A DNA stretch of 64,000 nt from Psilocybe cubensis (lineage: Eukaryota): positions 3,658,001 through 3,722,000 of the forward strand of contig CM039000.1 in assembly GCA_017499595.2 (NCBI GenBank), written 5' to 3'. Positions 25,195 to 36,164 of the stretch are shown piece by piece; within the stretch, counting starts at the first letter, position 1, and each line of letters starts with the position of its first letter. The notes beneath the pieces are model-generated. The model saw nothing but the letters and a program-made list of their open reading frames with translations, did not search any database and had not been told where the DNA came from. Position numbers and translations under genes: made by a program.

Positions 25195-28100
25195 TTAAGC
25201 AGAAACTTTGTGGTATAGGTAGAGGAATAATTTCTTTTGACGACATGTCTTTAACCATGACATGTCCGATTGCAGATTGACTACCTGTTCAAAAATACAT
25301 TTATCGCCTGTCGTGATACCGTCATGAAACCATACAGTACCATTGCTTTCAATGGTTCTGCAAGAAAAGTGCTCACTACCACTATATACCAGTCCACATA
25401 AGCGCATTTTGTGATGGTTTCCGTCTACATCACATATGGTCATTTCTACGACTGGTTCAGGGAGGCAGTGCGTTGGGTTCACATTTTCAATCCCCATTAA
25501 TGATGGTACAGATTTTATTTGGGTAATGTTAGTGAGAATATGTTTGTTCGATTCATTGCTGCAACGTCGGCATTCTTTGTTGCTAACATACTCTGCACAA
25601 TAATTGAATATGTCTGTTATCTTTGTGTTATCGTTTTGGCTGTTTGGATTTATTATATTTAAAGCACTGAACCGCAAATTCATTGGTGCTGAGCTGTAGC
25701 CACAGGCTGTACAATGATAACTCCCTTCTCCACATTGCTCGGTTCCTAAGAGATGCAGACACAATGAATCCATTGACGTCAAAGCCTGGCCATAAGGAAA
25801 TGTTTCTTCGCCAATGTCATTGTTTAGCTTCCGCCGTACTACATCTCTTGCCATTTGCAAGTTACTAAAGCCCAACGACATTTTGATGAATTCGTTTATA
25901 AGGGTATCCATATACATACTGTGGTTTCCTGTCAACCTGTTGTTCCACAACAGCACATTGCTTTTCCACAGATGGTAAATCAATGTGAACACTGAGTCAT
26001 AAGCGCAGCTGAAGTTGACGTTATCCCACTTGACGCCGAGTGGTGCCTCTGCTTCTTCCAACTCCACCCTTGTCTTTTTATTTAACGGTACCATCATGTC
26101 AGGTTGTGGGGCGGATTGTGTGTTTGGTCTTAACATTTTCTTTTTGGTTTTTCTTACAATTGGAGTAATTGCTGTTAACATATTAACTTGCTCATTCCAT
26201 AGCGCATTGTCTTTTGGCTGGCTGTCTGATATCTCATTTGGGGACATTTGGAGAGCTGGGTGCCAATCATGGCTGTCGTCGCGACCTTTGGACCATTCTC
26301 TATAGCTTTTGATCAAAGTATTACGCAGTAACCCGTTGACTTGATCGTTTAATTCAGAGTTATATTTCAATTCTGTAATTTTATTTAACTGTTCCAATTC
26401 TCTGAACTCTTGGCGTAGGTGACCACTGATTCCTTTTGTAATTTTAAAAGAATCAAATCCTTGAAGAATCACAGTTCCATCTGCGCTCGCACTTCTGGAA
26501 AGACATGTATAATATGATTGATGAGTTTTGCAATTCCCGAGATCTACTACATTTAAGGGTCTGGTTTTGCCTTGGCTGGCATAGTCCGTCATTGCAAAAT
26601 TGGGAAGTACATGTATTTGTTTTCTCATTACGTTTAATTCGGTACCATTGGGCATCTGGCAATTTACGCGTATATTGTGTCTATAAATGGGTACTACATT
26701 TTCTTCCAGCCCAGGAATATTTACAGTTTGTGGTGGATTTATCAATTTCACGTACAATGTCGCAAGACATGGTTTGTTATCAGGACTTATTTCACTATCC
26801 CACCCACAAACAACACCCTCTTGTCCTTTCGTAATGCAAAGTTCGGTTGCGTAATTATGTCGAATCATTACAGGCATACCTAGACATAGCGAAAGTTTAC
26901 CAGGAATATGCTCACTACTACTTGGGTCCAAGTTCCATAACGCTTCCTTGTCAATGTCGTCCAATTTTGATCTCTTACTTTTGTTGGATGTTTTACGTTT
27001 TCTTTTATTGTTTGGAAGGTCATCGTCGTCGTCTTTAAAGCTGTCAACGGCATAAAAATCTGTCAATTCTTGCCCTGTGTCTTTCGCGAACCGAACGCAG
27101 CCCAGGATATTTATTTTATCCTTTTGAACATTCCACGCTGTTATAATCGACACATTCCTGAATTTTGGTTCTCTCACGCTCGGCCTTCCTTTCACTGAGC
27201 TAGATGTTCTGGAATGTAGAAATTCGATGTCTTCAGGAGTGCAGGCTGCATATCTCATATTTTCCAAAGCAGTTCTCAACTTTGAGTCTTGTGGAGATTG
27301 ACTTCTTTGACGCATATTTTTCTTTAAGATTACAACGGTTGTTATCTGATGCCATAATATCTTCCCAATCGTACTTTCTTGCTTGCGTACTGACATACTT
27401 GCGTCTTGTTTAAGGGCGACATCGTTGCTGTATAAATATGATCCATTGACAGGTGGTAGTTGAGCAAAATCTCCAGCAAAAACCATATTCATTCCTCCGA
27501 AAGGTTGGTCATGTACGTTTGTGAGTATGGCCAACTTTGAACTAATGGCGTATAATTCGTGGCAGCTAATCATAGAAACTTCGTCAACAAAGATGTATTC
27601 TACACCGGCTAATTTTTGTCTCAATTCATTTATGGAGTTGGCTGTACTACCACTCGTTCCTGCCTCCTTATTACCCATAATATGTATTCCTAACGCTGAA
27701 TGATAAGTCGATCCATTCAACAACGCTGCGGCTGTTCCAGTAGGAGCCAGTACAATGAATCGATGACCTTCATTTCTTTTCTTAAACATAGATATAATGG
27801 CTTTGATTACTTGTGTTTTACCGGTTCCACCCATGCCTCCTAGATACATCTTCAATGGGTCTGCATATATAGTGGATGCATGATTAGCTACCAGCCTGAA
27901 TGCTCTCTCCTGATCCTTATTTAAAGAAAATTCCTTTACAGTCGAATCAATTATTTGTTTGGGGTCAAGGCACTGTTTTGCAACAAAATCACGCTGAAAC
28001 CATGAAGCATTCACAAGCTTTACTTGATTTGGCACCAGTTCTTCCGTGTTAAATCTTCCAGGACCACTTGATGTGGCAATATTCCTCATCTTATCTTTGA

Positions 28101-31100
28101 TGATTCTATCTCGAGCTTCTTGTAGTGTGTTTTTCCATTGTGCTGCAGATTTTTCTACTGCGGGAACAAATCTTTCAGTATTGAGAGAGGGGATTTCTTT
28201 GCTCTCTTCTGTCCAACCACATTTTTTTAGAATTCTGTGTGCTTCCTCTTGTTGTTGTAACTTTCGGGTTGCTTGTTCTGATAATGATTTGTATCGGTCT
28301 TCTCTTTGCTGATACCCTTCTGATATATACTCTTCTTCCTCTTCTTCTTCATCTGAACTTTCATCATAACCCTTACGAAGGGCAGCCTCTTTGACTTTGC
28401 GCTTTAGTTCACTGTGGAAGTCATCCCTAGCATCTAGACATTCATACTTCAAATTTAAATTAGTCATTATCTCAAGATCTTTTTGTTCAAAGCCGTGTTG
28501 ACGAAATGCATCACTCCAACTTTCTTCTTTACTTTTCAAATCCAGTGCGGTTCGCCAAGGTTTAAATAGTGTCAGCATAGTCATGCAGTAATACTCTCTA
28601 TCTCCGCAATCAGAGTGGGGCAACGCTCCACCCACAAAATTAGGTATTGTTGTTTGTAGGCAAGACAGATCAACAGTAACTTGGTGGCTTCGAAAATGAG
28701 GGTGGCTTGGCATGAACGATTGTTTAGTGAACTTTCTTGAAGGAGCATCCACATCTTCCCACTCGTTATCTTCGATGCCTGATAGTTCTTCTAGAGATTC
28801 ATCAAAGGCTTCTATGTCTTTCTTGCTTCGCTTCTTTTTGCTGCTGGTCTGAATCCATTGGATCACAGACATTCCATCGCATTTCGTTGGTCTGTTTTTG
28901 TAGTCGTCAATGTTAGACTTGCCAACGTATTCACCCTCTTCTCGACTGATCAGTACTCTGTCTTCAAATTCCGCATCATCGCTAGTTTCCATTGCTGGAT
29001 TGTCTTGGGCAACATCGCCATGTCCTTCTTCCCAGGTTCTCTTAACCTCTGCAACGTAACTTCTCCACCACAGGGGCACAAAGGTATGACTTGTGTAATG
29101 ATCTGGGTTATCCAAAAGATATAAACACGCCATTGGACTTCCAAGTTCGGTTTTCGATGACAATGCGTTGACAATCTTTAGTACAAGTTTTCTACCCGCT
29201 TCAATGGGTGCATGTAAATTTCCTGAAATTAACTCAGAGTTCTTCGAATAGATGTCATAAGCGGAAGAAAATATCTGATGTGTTTTGAGCGTTGGCTTTG
29301 TCACATAATCCGTAACATATGAGATAATGGCTTTGATACTTGTCCCTGATAGAAGGCTGGTAACATCTGTATTGCAACGGGTAACATAAGTTAAACAATC
29401 AGAGACCGTATTCATCATAGATTCTAATTTCTTCATATATACGTGGCCGTCGGTTTCATCCACTATTGTTTCTGTTCTCACTTCACGAGGAAAACGTGCC
29501 ATACAGACATTGTCTTTGTTAAGGCATCCCTTTTGTCCGTTTCTAGCAGCCTTACCAATGGGACCATCTGTTTTTGGTAGCTCAGATTCCTTGACGGGTG
29601 TATCATGCACCTCTGTATTAGTGCTTTTCTTGGTACCTTTGGGCGGTCTCAATTTTGTTGATGCTCTACAACTATGCATATTGGACCTGAACAATAAATC
29701 GTCCACAGTAGAAGTGTAATTGTCCTTCCATTGCTTGTATGTTGTGCAAGGAGCACAATTCTGATGAATGGTATAAATTTTGTCACTTTCTTTGTGATGA
29801 TCGCGACATGGATCCGGGGGGGGGATGGGTAATGTCTGTGTCGGGTCTTGATACATCGACAAATCAACCTTGTTGAGTTGAAGAGAGTTCTCAGTTGGTT
29901 TCTTAATGGTATGGATACCTGTGTTGGTGGTACTTAGTGAAGGTAACCTCGCTTCAATGCTTTCCTTGGTCCCATTTAAAAATTGGCCAATGTGTGATGA
30001 CTCTAGATAGTCTACCAATGCTCTTTGAAAATCAGAATCTTTACTCATAAGCTTATTGCGTATATCCTGCGGAGATAACGCCCCTTCAATCCATAACATC
30101 ATGTGCAAATGTAAAGTTAGACGACCTTGTTGCTCAACAGTGCCATAGTACGCTGATGTTTTACCGTACAAGCCTGGGTGATCCGTTCCTACTCCAAGAA
30201 CATGCTTGATGACCATTTTCACCATAAAATCAAAGAAACGGGCCGCTGCAACAGGATTGGAGAGTACCAATAAATCACGAATTTTGGCGGATTTTAGCTC
30301 CGGAGAGAAACTGATGTCATCTGCAGCGTAATATAAGCACAAGGGATGCCTATTATCTGCGGGCGAAAACGTAATAAACCATGAAGGAGCACCTTTGAAA
30401 GCTACTAGCGACCAAATTTCATTACGCATGTATTTCTTGTTCGTCAGTGACCCCGGTACCTTACCCCCAACATGATCCAAATCATTCAAAATGCTAAAGC
30501 AAAGTTTCTCTGAATCTGTTTCCGGCGTTATATGTTCTCCCTCTGCCATTCTCTGAGAAATTGATTCCAATACTCCCGGATTTATTTGCACAAGTCTTTT
30601 TGCCACGGAATCAAAATTCTTTCGCTTGGCTAGCAAGAAGCTACCTGTAGTTCCTCCTCTAATTTGTTCTTCATTGAAAGCAACCATAGGAAAATACAAG
30701 TCACGTTGGAAACGCTTGTCGTGATACATTAGCAGTAGTTTTTTGTGCCGCGCATTCGATAATTTCTTTTTGTGGCGTGGCTGTCCAATACCTCCTTTTC
30801 CGTACGGAAATAACCAAGGAAACATTTGAGGATACAGTTGAGGATTATTGTACCATGATTGCGGAGTATTATCATGGCCGATAGCCAATGAAACACCACC
30901 GCTATCCAAATGCTTCAGCGCTCGCACTTTAAGATTTTGCAAAGACATTTTATCGTACTCCTCACCCGTCAACCCGTGAACTGTAAAAGGACATACACCT
31001 TCTTCTGTACCTTCTTCCATTTCATTATCAAATTTGCTCATTGCGGTCGGAATTTTATTGGAATCACTGTAAGTGACTTTGTAATCCACGATGACGGGTA

Positions 31101-33495
31101 CTCCTGCCAAAGGATATGAATTCAAATTATCATAAGATATTTCAAGGTCGGCATAGTCAGAGTGGTTCAACTTAAGCCATTCTAAAGCTTTGGCCACAGC
31201 ATTACGCCTAACGAACATTGGTGTTCTTTTAAATTCCTCGTCTGTCGGTCGTGTCGGCCCTATGAAAATGAATGCCAGGACGTCGCTCAACTCTTCTTGA
31301 CTAGGAGGTAAAGCCTTGTATACTTTCAAAGTAGGGTTCGCAAACATTATACAATTGGCAATCATTTTTGCCCTACCCGATGACACTCGTACTAAACATC
31401 GGTTATGGCGAACCCGCGATATCATCATTTGTTCGGCAAAAGTTAAATTCTGTAATACGGGTGGAACTTCTCCAACCCAAAGCCCATTCGCCAAAGATTC
31501 AGTGGGTATTTTACTCTTTTCGACACATTTATGACATTTCGGACAGATACGTTCACATCCGTGCGCCAGCACCGGACCAGGTACATCTTCAATAGGGTCA
31601 CTTGCTGACGAACGCTCTTTCCTAGTTATCCCGGGAACCTGTAACACATCTAGTTCATAGGATGGAGGAATTGGCATCAACATTTTGAGTTGGACAAGTT
31701 GTCCGCATACGGCGCATCCTGCCTCTTCAAACTCGCCAGGATCCATGTCTTTACAGAATCCAGATATAATTTTGCGTACCAATTCATCGTTCACCGGTTT
31801 GGGAGGAAACATGCTGGGTGATGGCGATGATGTGGTATTTTGAGGCTTTGAACGAGGTTTCTGTTCCTTTCGCCAAATCTTTTTGACATTAGCTCGGTGT
31901 TCTTTTATCTGCTGTTTGCTGTTTCCCTTTTGAAATACAAAATAATGAAGCTGACAATTTTTGCAAGAATGGCCTTGGTATCTGGCCATATTCTGTACTT
32001 TTGAATGATGATTATTGAAAGGAATGTTGTGTAATTTACTTAAGGCAACGAGTTCGTCTCTCTTCAATAAAGGGCATATCAAACTTAATGGGGTCTGTGC
32101 AACAATGAACTCCCCGTTCGTAATGAAGTTTTCCAGTTTGTCCTTGCCGACATAATGTTTCAGAACATAAGTGTCAGTTGGATTCAATTCAGCATTGATG
32201 GGATATACCACAAAATCAGATATATCGCTTCCTTTTAATGACTTTACAATCCTTCCACCACCCATAAGCGCAGGATGAGAGGGCACAGGTCTTTTGTTGT
32301 CGGCTACTATTGATTCTACACTTGAATTGTCTTTTAAACACATGATTGAGAGTAAAGCACTATCGAGATAGTATATAAGTAAGTGAAATGAATCAGACAT
32401 TGAATTGTTTTGTAATATGTGCCAGACATATCCCATTTCAAATGCAATACAATCTGCCACGTCGTCTGCAATGATTTGAGAAACACAAAGAAATAAAGCT
32501 TTTTGTAATACAGTTCTCGCTTTGCTTATTCCCATCCTGAACACGTAATTAAGGAAAGCAATGTAGTATGTAGTCAATATAAACAAGAGATCTACGGCGT
32601 TCAAATTGAAAGTGATATTCCTTATAAATATGATTTCCTCGTTGACTCTGTTCATCAAATTCCGTATGTGTTTAATCACCGGACGATCCATGATTAACAG
32701 ATGAAAGCAATGAGCTATTGATAGATCGCTGTTAAAATAAAGGACCATATATGTTATAAGATGGAAACACTGTCGATCTATCCAACAGAGGGTTTTGCCA
32801 TACTTCGAGACAACTTGAATAACTGATAGATGATATTTTTCAAACGAAGCTACTTCCCTTATGGACGTGCAAGCTCTTTGAAAAGCATTTTGGAAATTTC
32901 CAACTTTACCTATCATGATGTCGAAATCATGACGAGAAGTAATATATCTCGACATGTAAAGCTTAATGTAAAGTATTATGGTAGATATACGATCGTGCAT
33001 GTTATGCTGCAAGCAATAGAGTTGGATATTGTAAGGGCGTACATAACTGTCAAAATTTAATGTCGCCAACTTGGATAGTACCCAAGTTACGAATGACTTC
33101 AGTTCTGGAAACCACAAATTTTCTGTCCACGGACATTCTTCGCCAGAGAAATGTGTGAAAAAAGAGAGGCCGTGTGTTATATCAATTGTGGACGAAGTAG
33201 CTAAAGGTTTGACAACGTGAATCACAGTGTAGTGCGGATGTATGATTGGGTTAACCATATCGACAGTACTTTGGTTTACAAAGTGTAAATTTTCGACGCA
33301 ATGGTGTCTTGCTTCATGTGTCAGGGGCTGATGCATCATCGAACAAACGATGTCGTGACCAAGTGTGGCTCTATGTTGTTGGTGTTGATGCATCATTGAA
33401 TAAACAATGTCAAGAGAGTATCCATGTACGTGAAGTACAGGATCGAGATAGGTATTGGTGACATCTCGCTGTTGTGGCGCATTAACCAACAACAA
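25195..33495 (-). CDS. Helitron/Helentron-type RepHel: HUH (Y2) Rep + PIF1-family SF1B helicase + C-terminal USP-like Cys protease; intronless, first ATG at 33396
   Basis: Rep motifs WFITFSPAD, VEQQGRLTLHLHMMLW, YVTDYVTK. Helicase motifs GMGGTGKT, APTGTAA, FVDEVSMI, GDFAQLPPV, MRQ, TDYASQGKT, YTCLSR. Protease-like motifs SCAYDS and EHFSCR...WFHDG. Confidence 0.95.
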   Translation of the reverse strand: MLLVNAPQQRDVTNTYLDPVLHVHGYSLDIVYSMMHQHQQHRATLGHDIVCSMMHQPLTHEARHHCVENLHFVNQSTVDMVNPIIHPHYTVIHVVKPLATSSTIDITHGLSFFTHFSGEECPWTENLWFPELKSFVTWVLSKLATLNFDSYVRPYNIQLYCLQHNMHDRISTIILYIKLYMSRYITSRHDFDIMIGKVGNFQNAFQRACTSIREVASFEKYHLSVIQVVSKYGKTLCWIDRQCFHLITYMVLYFNSDLSIAHCFHLLIMDRPVIKHIRNLMNRVNEEIIFIRNITFNLNAVDLLFILTTYYIAFLNYVFRMGISKARTVLQKALFLCVSQIIADDVADCIAFEMGYVWHILQNNSMSDSFHLLIYYLDSALLSIMCLKDNSSVESIVADNKRPVPSHPALMGGGRIVKSLKGSDISDFVVYPINAELNPTDTYVLKHYVGKDKLENFITNGEFIVAQTPLSLICPLLKRDELVALSKLHNIPFNNHHSKVQNMARYQGHSCKNCQLHYFVFQKGNSKQQIKEHRANVKKIWRKEQKPRSKPQNTTSSPSPSMFPPKPVNDELVRKIISGFCKDMDPGEFEEAGCAVCGQLVQLKMLMPIPPSYELDVLQVPGITRKERSSASDPIEDVPGPVLAHGCERICPKCHKCVEKSKIPTESLANGLWVGEVPPVLQNLTFAEQMMISRVRHNRCLVRVSSGRAKMIANCIMFANPTLKVYKALPPSQEELSDVLAFIFIGPTRPTDEEFKRTPMFVRRNAVAKALEWLKLNHSDYADLEISYDNLNSYPLAGVPVIVDYKVTYSDSNKIPTAMSKFDNEMEEGTEEGVCPFTVHGLTGEEYDKMSLQNLKVRALKHLDSGGVSLAIGHDNTPQSWYNNPQLYPQMFPWLFPYGKGGIGQPRHKKKLSNARHKKLLLMYHDKRFQRDLYFPMVAFNEEQIRGGTTGSFLLAKRKNFDSVAKRLVQINPGVLESISQRMAEGEHITPETDSEKLCFSILNDLDHVGGKVPGSLTNKKYMRNEIWSLVAFKGAPSWFITFSPADNRHPLCLYYAADDISFSPELKSAKIRDLLVLSNPVAAARFFDFMVKMVIKHVLGVGTDHPGLYGKTSAYYGTVEQQGRLTLHLHMMLWIEGALSPQDIRNKLMSKDSDFQRALVDYLESSHIGQFLNGTKESIEARLPSLSTTNTGIHTIKKPTENSLQLNKVDLSMYQDPTQTLPIPPPDPCRDHHKESDKIYTIHQNCAPCTTYKQWKDNYTSTVDDLLFRSNMHSCRASTKLRPPKGTKKSTNTEVHDTPVKESELPKTDGPIGKAARNGQKGCLNKDNVCMARFPREVRTETIVDETDGHVYMKKLESMMNTVSDCLTYVTRCNTDVTSLLSGTSIKAIISYVTDYVTKPTLKTHQIFSSAYDIYSKNSELISGNLHAPIEAGRKLVLKIVNALSSKTELGSPMACLYLLDNPDHYTSHTFVPLWWRSYVAEVKRTWEEGHGDVAQDNPAMETSDDAEFEDRVLISREEGEYVGKSNIDDYKNRPTKCDGMSVIQWIQTSSKKKRSKKDIEAFDESLEELSGIEDNEWEDVDAPSRKFTKQSFMPSHPHFRSHQVTVDLSCLQTTIPNFVGGALPHSDCGDREYYCMTMLTLFKPWRTALDLKSKEESWSDAFRQHGFEQKDLEIMTNLNLKYECLDARDDFHSELKRKVKEAALRKGYDESSDEEEEEEEYISEGYQQREDRYKSLSEQATRKLQQQEEAHRILKKCGWTEESKEIPSLNTERFVPAVEKSAAQWKNTLQEARDRIIKDKMRNIATSSGPGRFNTEELVPNQVKLVNASWFQRDFVAKQCLDPKQIIDSTVKEFSLNKDQERAFRLVANHASTIYADPLKMYLGGMGGTGKTQVIKAIISMFKKRNEGHRFIVLAPTGTAAALLNGSTYHSALGIHIMGNKEAGTSGSTANSINELRQKLAGVEYIFVDEVSMISCHELYAISSKLAILTNVHDQPFGGMNMVFAGDFAQLPPVNGSYLYSNDVALKQDASMSVRKQESTIGKILWHQITTVVILKKNMRQRSQSPQDSKLRTALENMRYAACTPEDIEFLHSRTSSSVKGRPSVREPKFRNVSIITAWNVQKDKINILGCVRFAKDTGQELTDFYAVDSFKDDDDDLPNNKRKRKTSNKSKRSKLDDIDKEALWNLDPSSSEHIPGKLSLCLGMPVMIRHNYATELCITKGQEGVVCGWDSEISPDNKPCLATLYVKLINPPQTVNIPGLEENVVPIYRHNIRVNCQMPNGTELNVMRKQIHVLPNFAMTDYASQGKTRPLNVVDLGNCKTHQSYYTCLSRSASADGTVILQGFDSFKITKGISGHLRQEFRELEQLNKITELKYNSELNDQVNGLLRNTLIKSYREWSKGRDDSHDWHPALQMSPNEISDSQPKDNALWNEQVNMLTAITPIVRKTKKKMLRPNTQSAPQPDMMVPLNKKTRVELEEAEAPLGVKWDNVNFSCAYDSVFTLIYHLWKSNVLLWNNRLTGNHSMYMDTLINEFIKMSLGFSNLQMARDVVRRKLNNDIGEETFPYGQALTSMDSLCLHLLGTEQCGEGSYHCTACGYSSAPMNLRFSALNIINPNSQNDNTKITDIFNYCAEYVSNKECRRCSNESNKHILTNITQIKSVPSLMGIENVNPTHCLPEPVVEMTICDVDGNHHKMRLCGLVYSGSEHFSCRTIESNGTVWFHDGITTGDKCIFEQVVNLQSDMSWLKTCRQKKLFLYLYHKVSA

Positions 33496-33762
33496 GGATG
33501 TAGCATACTGTGTCTGGGTGGCATTTACATTGAGTACGTGTCAAATTCAAGGTTATAAATGACAACTCACATAATTGCGGATAATGGAGTATGATCCACA
33601 TAGGATGAAAAGCCAACATGCAATGGCAAATAACTTTATGGTAGTTGGGAGACAAGGAGAACAGATTCGGAAGGGAACGGTACAGGTACTACCATAAAAG
33701 GCAGCATACCTCATGATCGCGACCCGTCGCGTTGGGCCGGAGAGGGGTAACACCGATGTGGC

Positions 33763-33803
33763 GTGGGAATATCCTGCGTACAGTGTACGCAGCGTTCTCC
33801 CAC
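33763..33803. repeat. Single 41-bp palindrome upstream of RepHel (stem extends to 33758-33808)
   Basis: gtggcGTGGGAATATCCTGCGTACAGTGTACGCAGCGTTCTCCCACgccac. Confidence 0.93.
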
Positions 33804-34251
33804 GCCACCCTAACAAGCAAAGACTTCTATGAATCGTAACCCGTTGCGGTGTGCATGGTTTATGATCTCCTACTTATTTACCCGAGAAATATTTCAGGAA
33901 CTTATGGACTCATTCACTTCATAATGAAATAATGTATACCAGTGTTTTTAAAATTTAATGTCTGCGTGGATGGACACAGTTCGGCAATTAATAAGAACTT
34001 TTGGCAAAGTCAATAGCACACTTGCAACGATCTGTTGAATTCCAAAGTGTTCCATTCCAAAGTGTACTCCATGCTATAGGCATGTTATTTTAGCAAGCCC
34101 CTGACCATATCGATCCAATCTTCTCTTTTTCCAATGCTTGTGATCCGATATCAAATGGCCCCCGGAAATATGTAGAGCCGCATAGCCCAGCACAAAAAAT
34201 CTGCGTTATATATCCTAGCCGTGTGTCGCGGGTTTCTTTGGCTGTACTGCG

Positions 34252-35682
34252 ATGGATTCCGACAAACGATCAAACCTATCAGACTCCTTTAGACGGTACC
34301 ATATTCTTTCCAATATCAGGCAGCGTGCGCAAACTGATGAGTACTTCTCAATGCAGCATATTCCCTGAAGTCATGGACCGGGTCTACATGGATCAGATGG
34401 ATTTAAGAACCTTGATCCGGTTCGGTCGGTCGTGTCAAGAACTCAACAGCAGAGTGGAATCATATATGGGCCATACATTCACTGTCAGCCGCTATCTGGA
34501 ACCAGTCCTTCTACCAAGCGAACATTCATCATTCCGTCACCTACAATACGATACTGGTCTTGTCATTTCAGGTTCTACGGTTTTGCATTTTATCAGCCGT
34601 GACACTTCTTGGAGGCCTGCGAATCTTGACCTGTATGTTGAACTTAGACGTGCATCCCCCGTCATCGCATGGCTACTTTCGGCGGGCTTTATATATCTAT
34701 CTCGTCCGTTTGACGATGACTATGAAACAGCACAATCTGCGCTAAACAAAGCTCAACATATTCTCAACTACAACAAAGAACGGCCCGGAAGAGACAACTG
34801 TCGCGGTGTCCAGCTCGCCTTTTGGAGGAACTGTCATTTTATCACACTATACGCCACCACGCATTCCGTCATGGAGGCTATCCTGACTTTCCACAGTAGT
34901 AAGAAATATTCAAACTTGAAACCGCTTTTTCTAACTCTGAGGTTCTCGCAGCCGGTATTATGAACATGATTACGCACGACAAAGTGTACAGTTTGTATCC
35001 GAACGCCACGTTTGGACACCAGCTATTCCTTTTGCAACCAGGCTTCGACTTTAAACGCATACCATGGATCATGATGAAGTACCACGCGATAGGTTACAGT
35101 TTCGCCTGTTCCTTACCTCAGAACACCCCTGCCCAATTTCACGCCTATACCTACAGAACGAGCGACGTTAAAAACGCACTTCGCGTTAGCTACCACGACG
35201 AAACTTTGGGCAAGGCTATCAGAATTAAAGTTAATCTCGATCCGCAATCGGGTTCTGTCTTCCGTTCCGGTATGCGTCGTGTGGGAGACTCTCAATGTTG
35301 GGTATTCAAGTTGCCCTCTTTGAGTGTCGCGGAGCAGGATCAATTAATTGAAGGCAACACCTGGTCTTTGTCGACAGACAAATTAGGGTGCTTGCATTTG
35401 AGCTGGAACAGGTTGGAATACCTTGAACTCGGTGGTTTCTATACTTCCGTTGAAGTCCCCTTGTTCATATCCCTCCTGGAAACCATTTTGCGCACATGTG
35501 ACACTGACAGGTATGTTATCATATTTTAAAGTCTTTATACAGCTAAAGTTTGTTTCAGTGCTTTGGACAATTGCTTGTTGAACAACGTTAAAGGTCTTTT
35601 AACGGACGACGAAGTTATCTCTGCAGCTAACAAGCACCCAGTGCTAAGTGCGCTTTGGGACGGGCTGCACATAGACGGGTAG
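34252..35682 (+). CDS. F-box-like plus nucleotidyltransferase-like protein (cargo copy B)
   Basis: Shares MD.VYMDQMDL.TL.RF, TGLVISGSTVLHFI, KVYSLYPNATFGHQ and G.RRVGD..CWV with copy A, with equivalent introns; the acidic motif reads NLD instead of DMD. Confidence 0.65.
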
Positions 35683-36164
35683 TTACGATAATTAGATTTG
35701 GCGTTAACGAGATGAAATGTGATCTTCGCTTCCGTAACAAACTGCTAGTCTCCAAGATATGTAGGGCGTGTGAAACCAGGAAGTTAACACCCACTAAGCA
35801 AGAAGATCAAAGATCATGCTAAGATGCATCAATCTAACTTAATGAAATAGTGGTACTTGCTATATTAAGTAAAAGTACATTCTTCGAAATTTTCGAAGCA
35901 CTATATTGATCCCTGTGCGCCACAAAAGCCTTGAAAGGCTTTATGTGTCCAATAATGATTTGTTATACAGCCAAATGTGGATCATGAGTATAAAACAATT
36001 ACTGAAAGTTTAGTATATCTTGTGAAGTTCACTTGTTAAAAATTACTATACAAAACACTATAGGCATTCTTGCAAACCAATACATGTCTCAAAATTTCAA
36101 GAGACAGGGTAAATCATCATATATATAACTGATCACAAAGCTACTAATTTTCTCACTATTGTAA

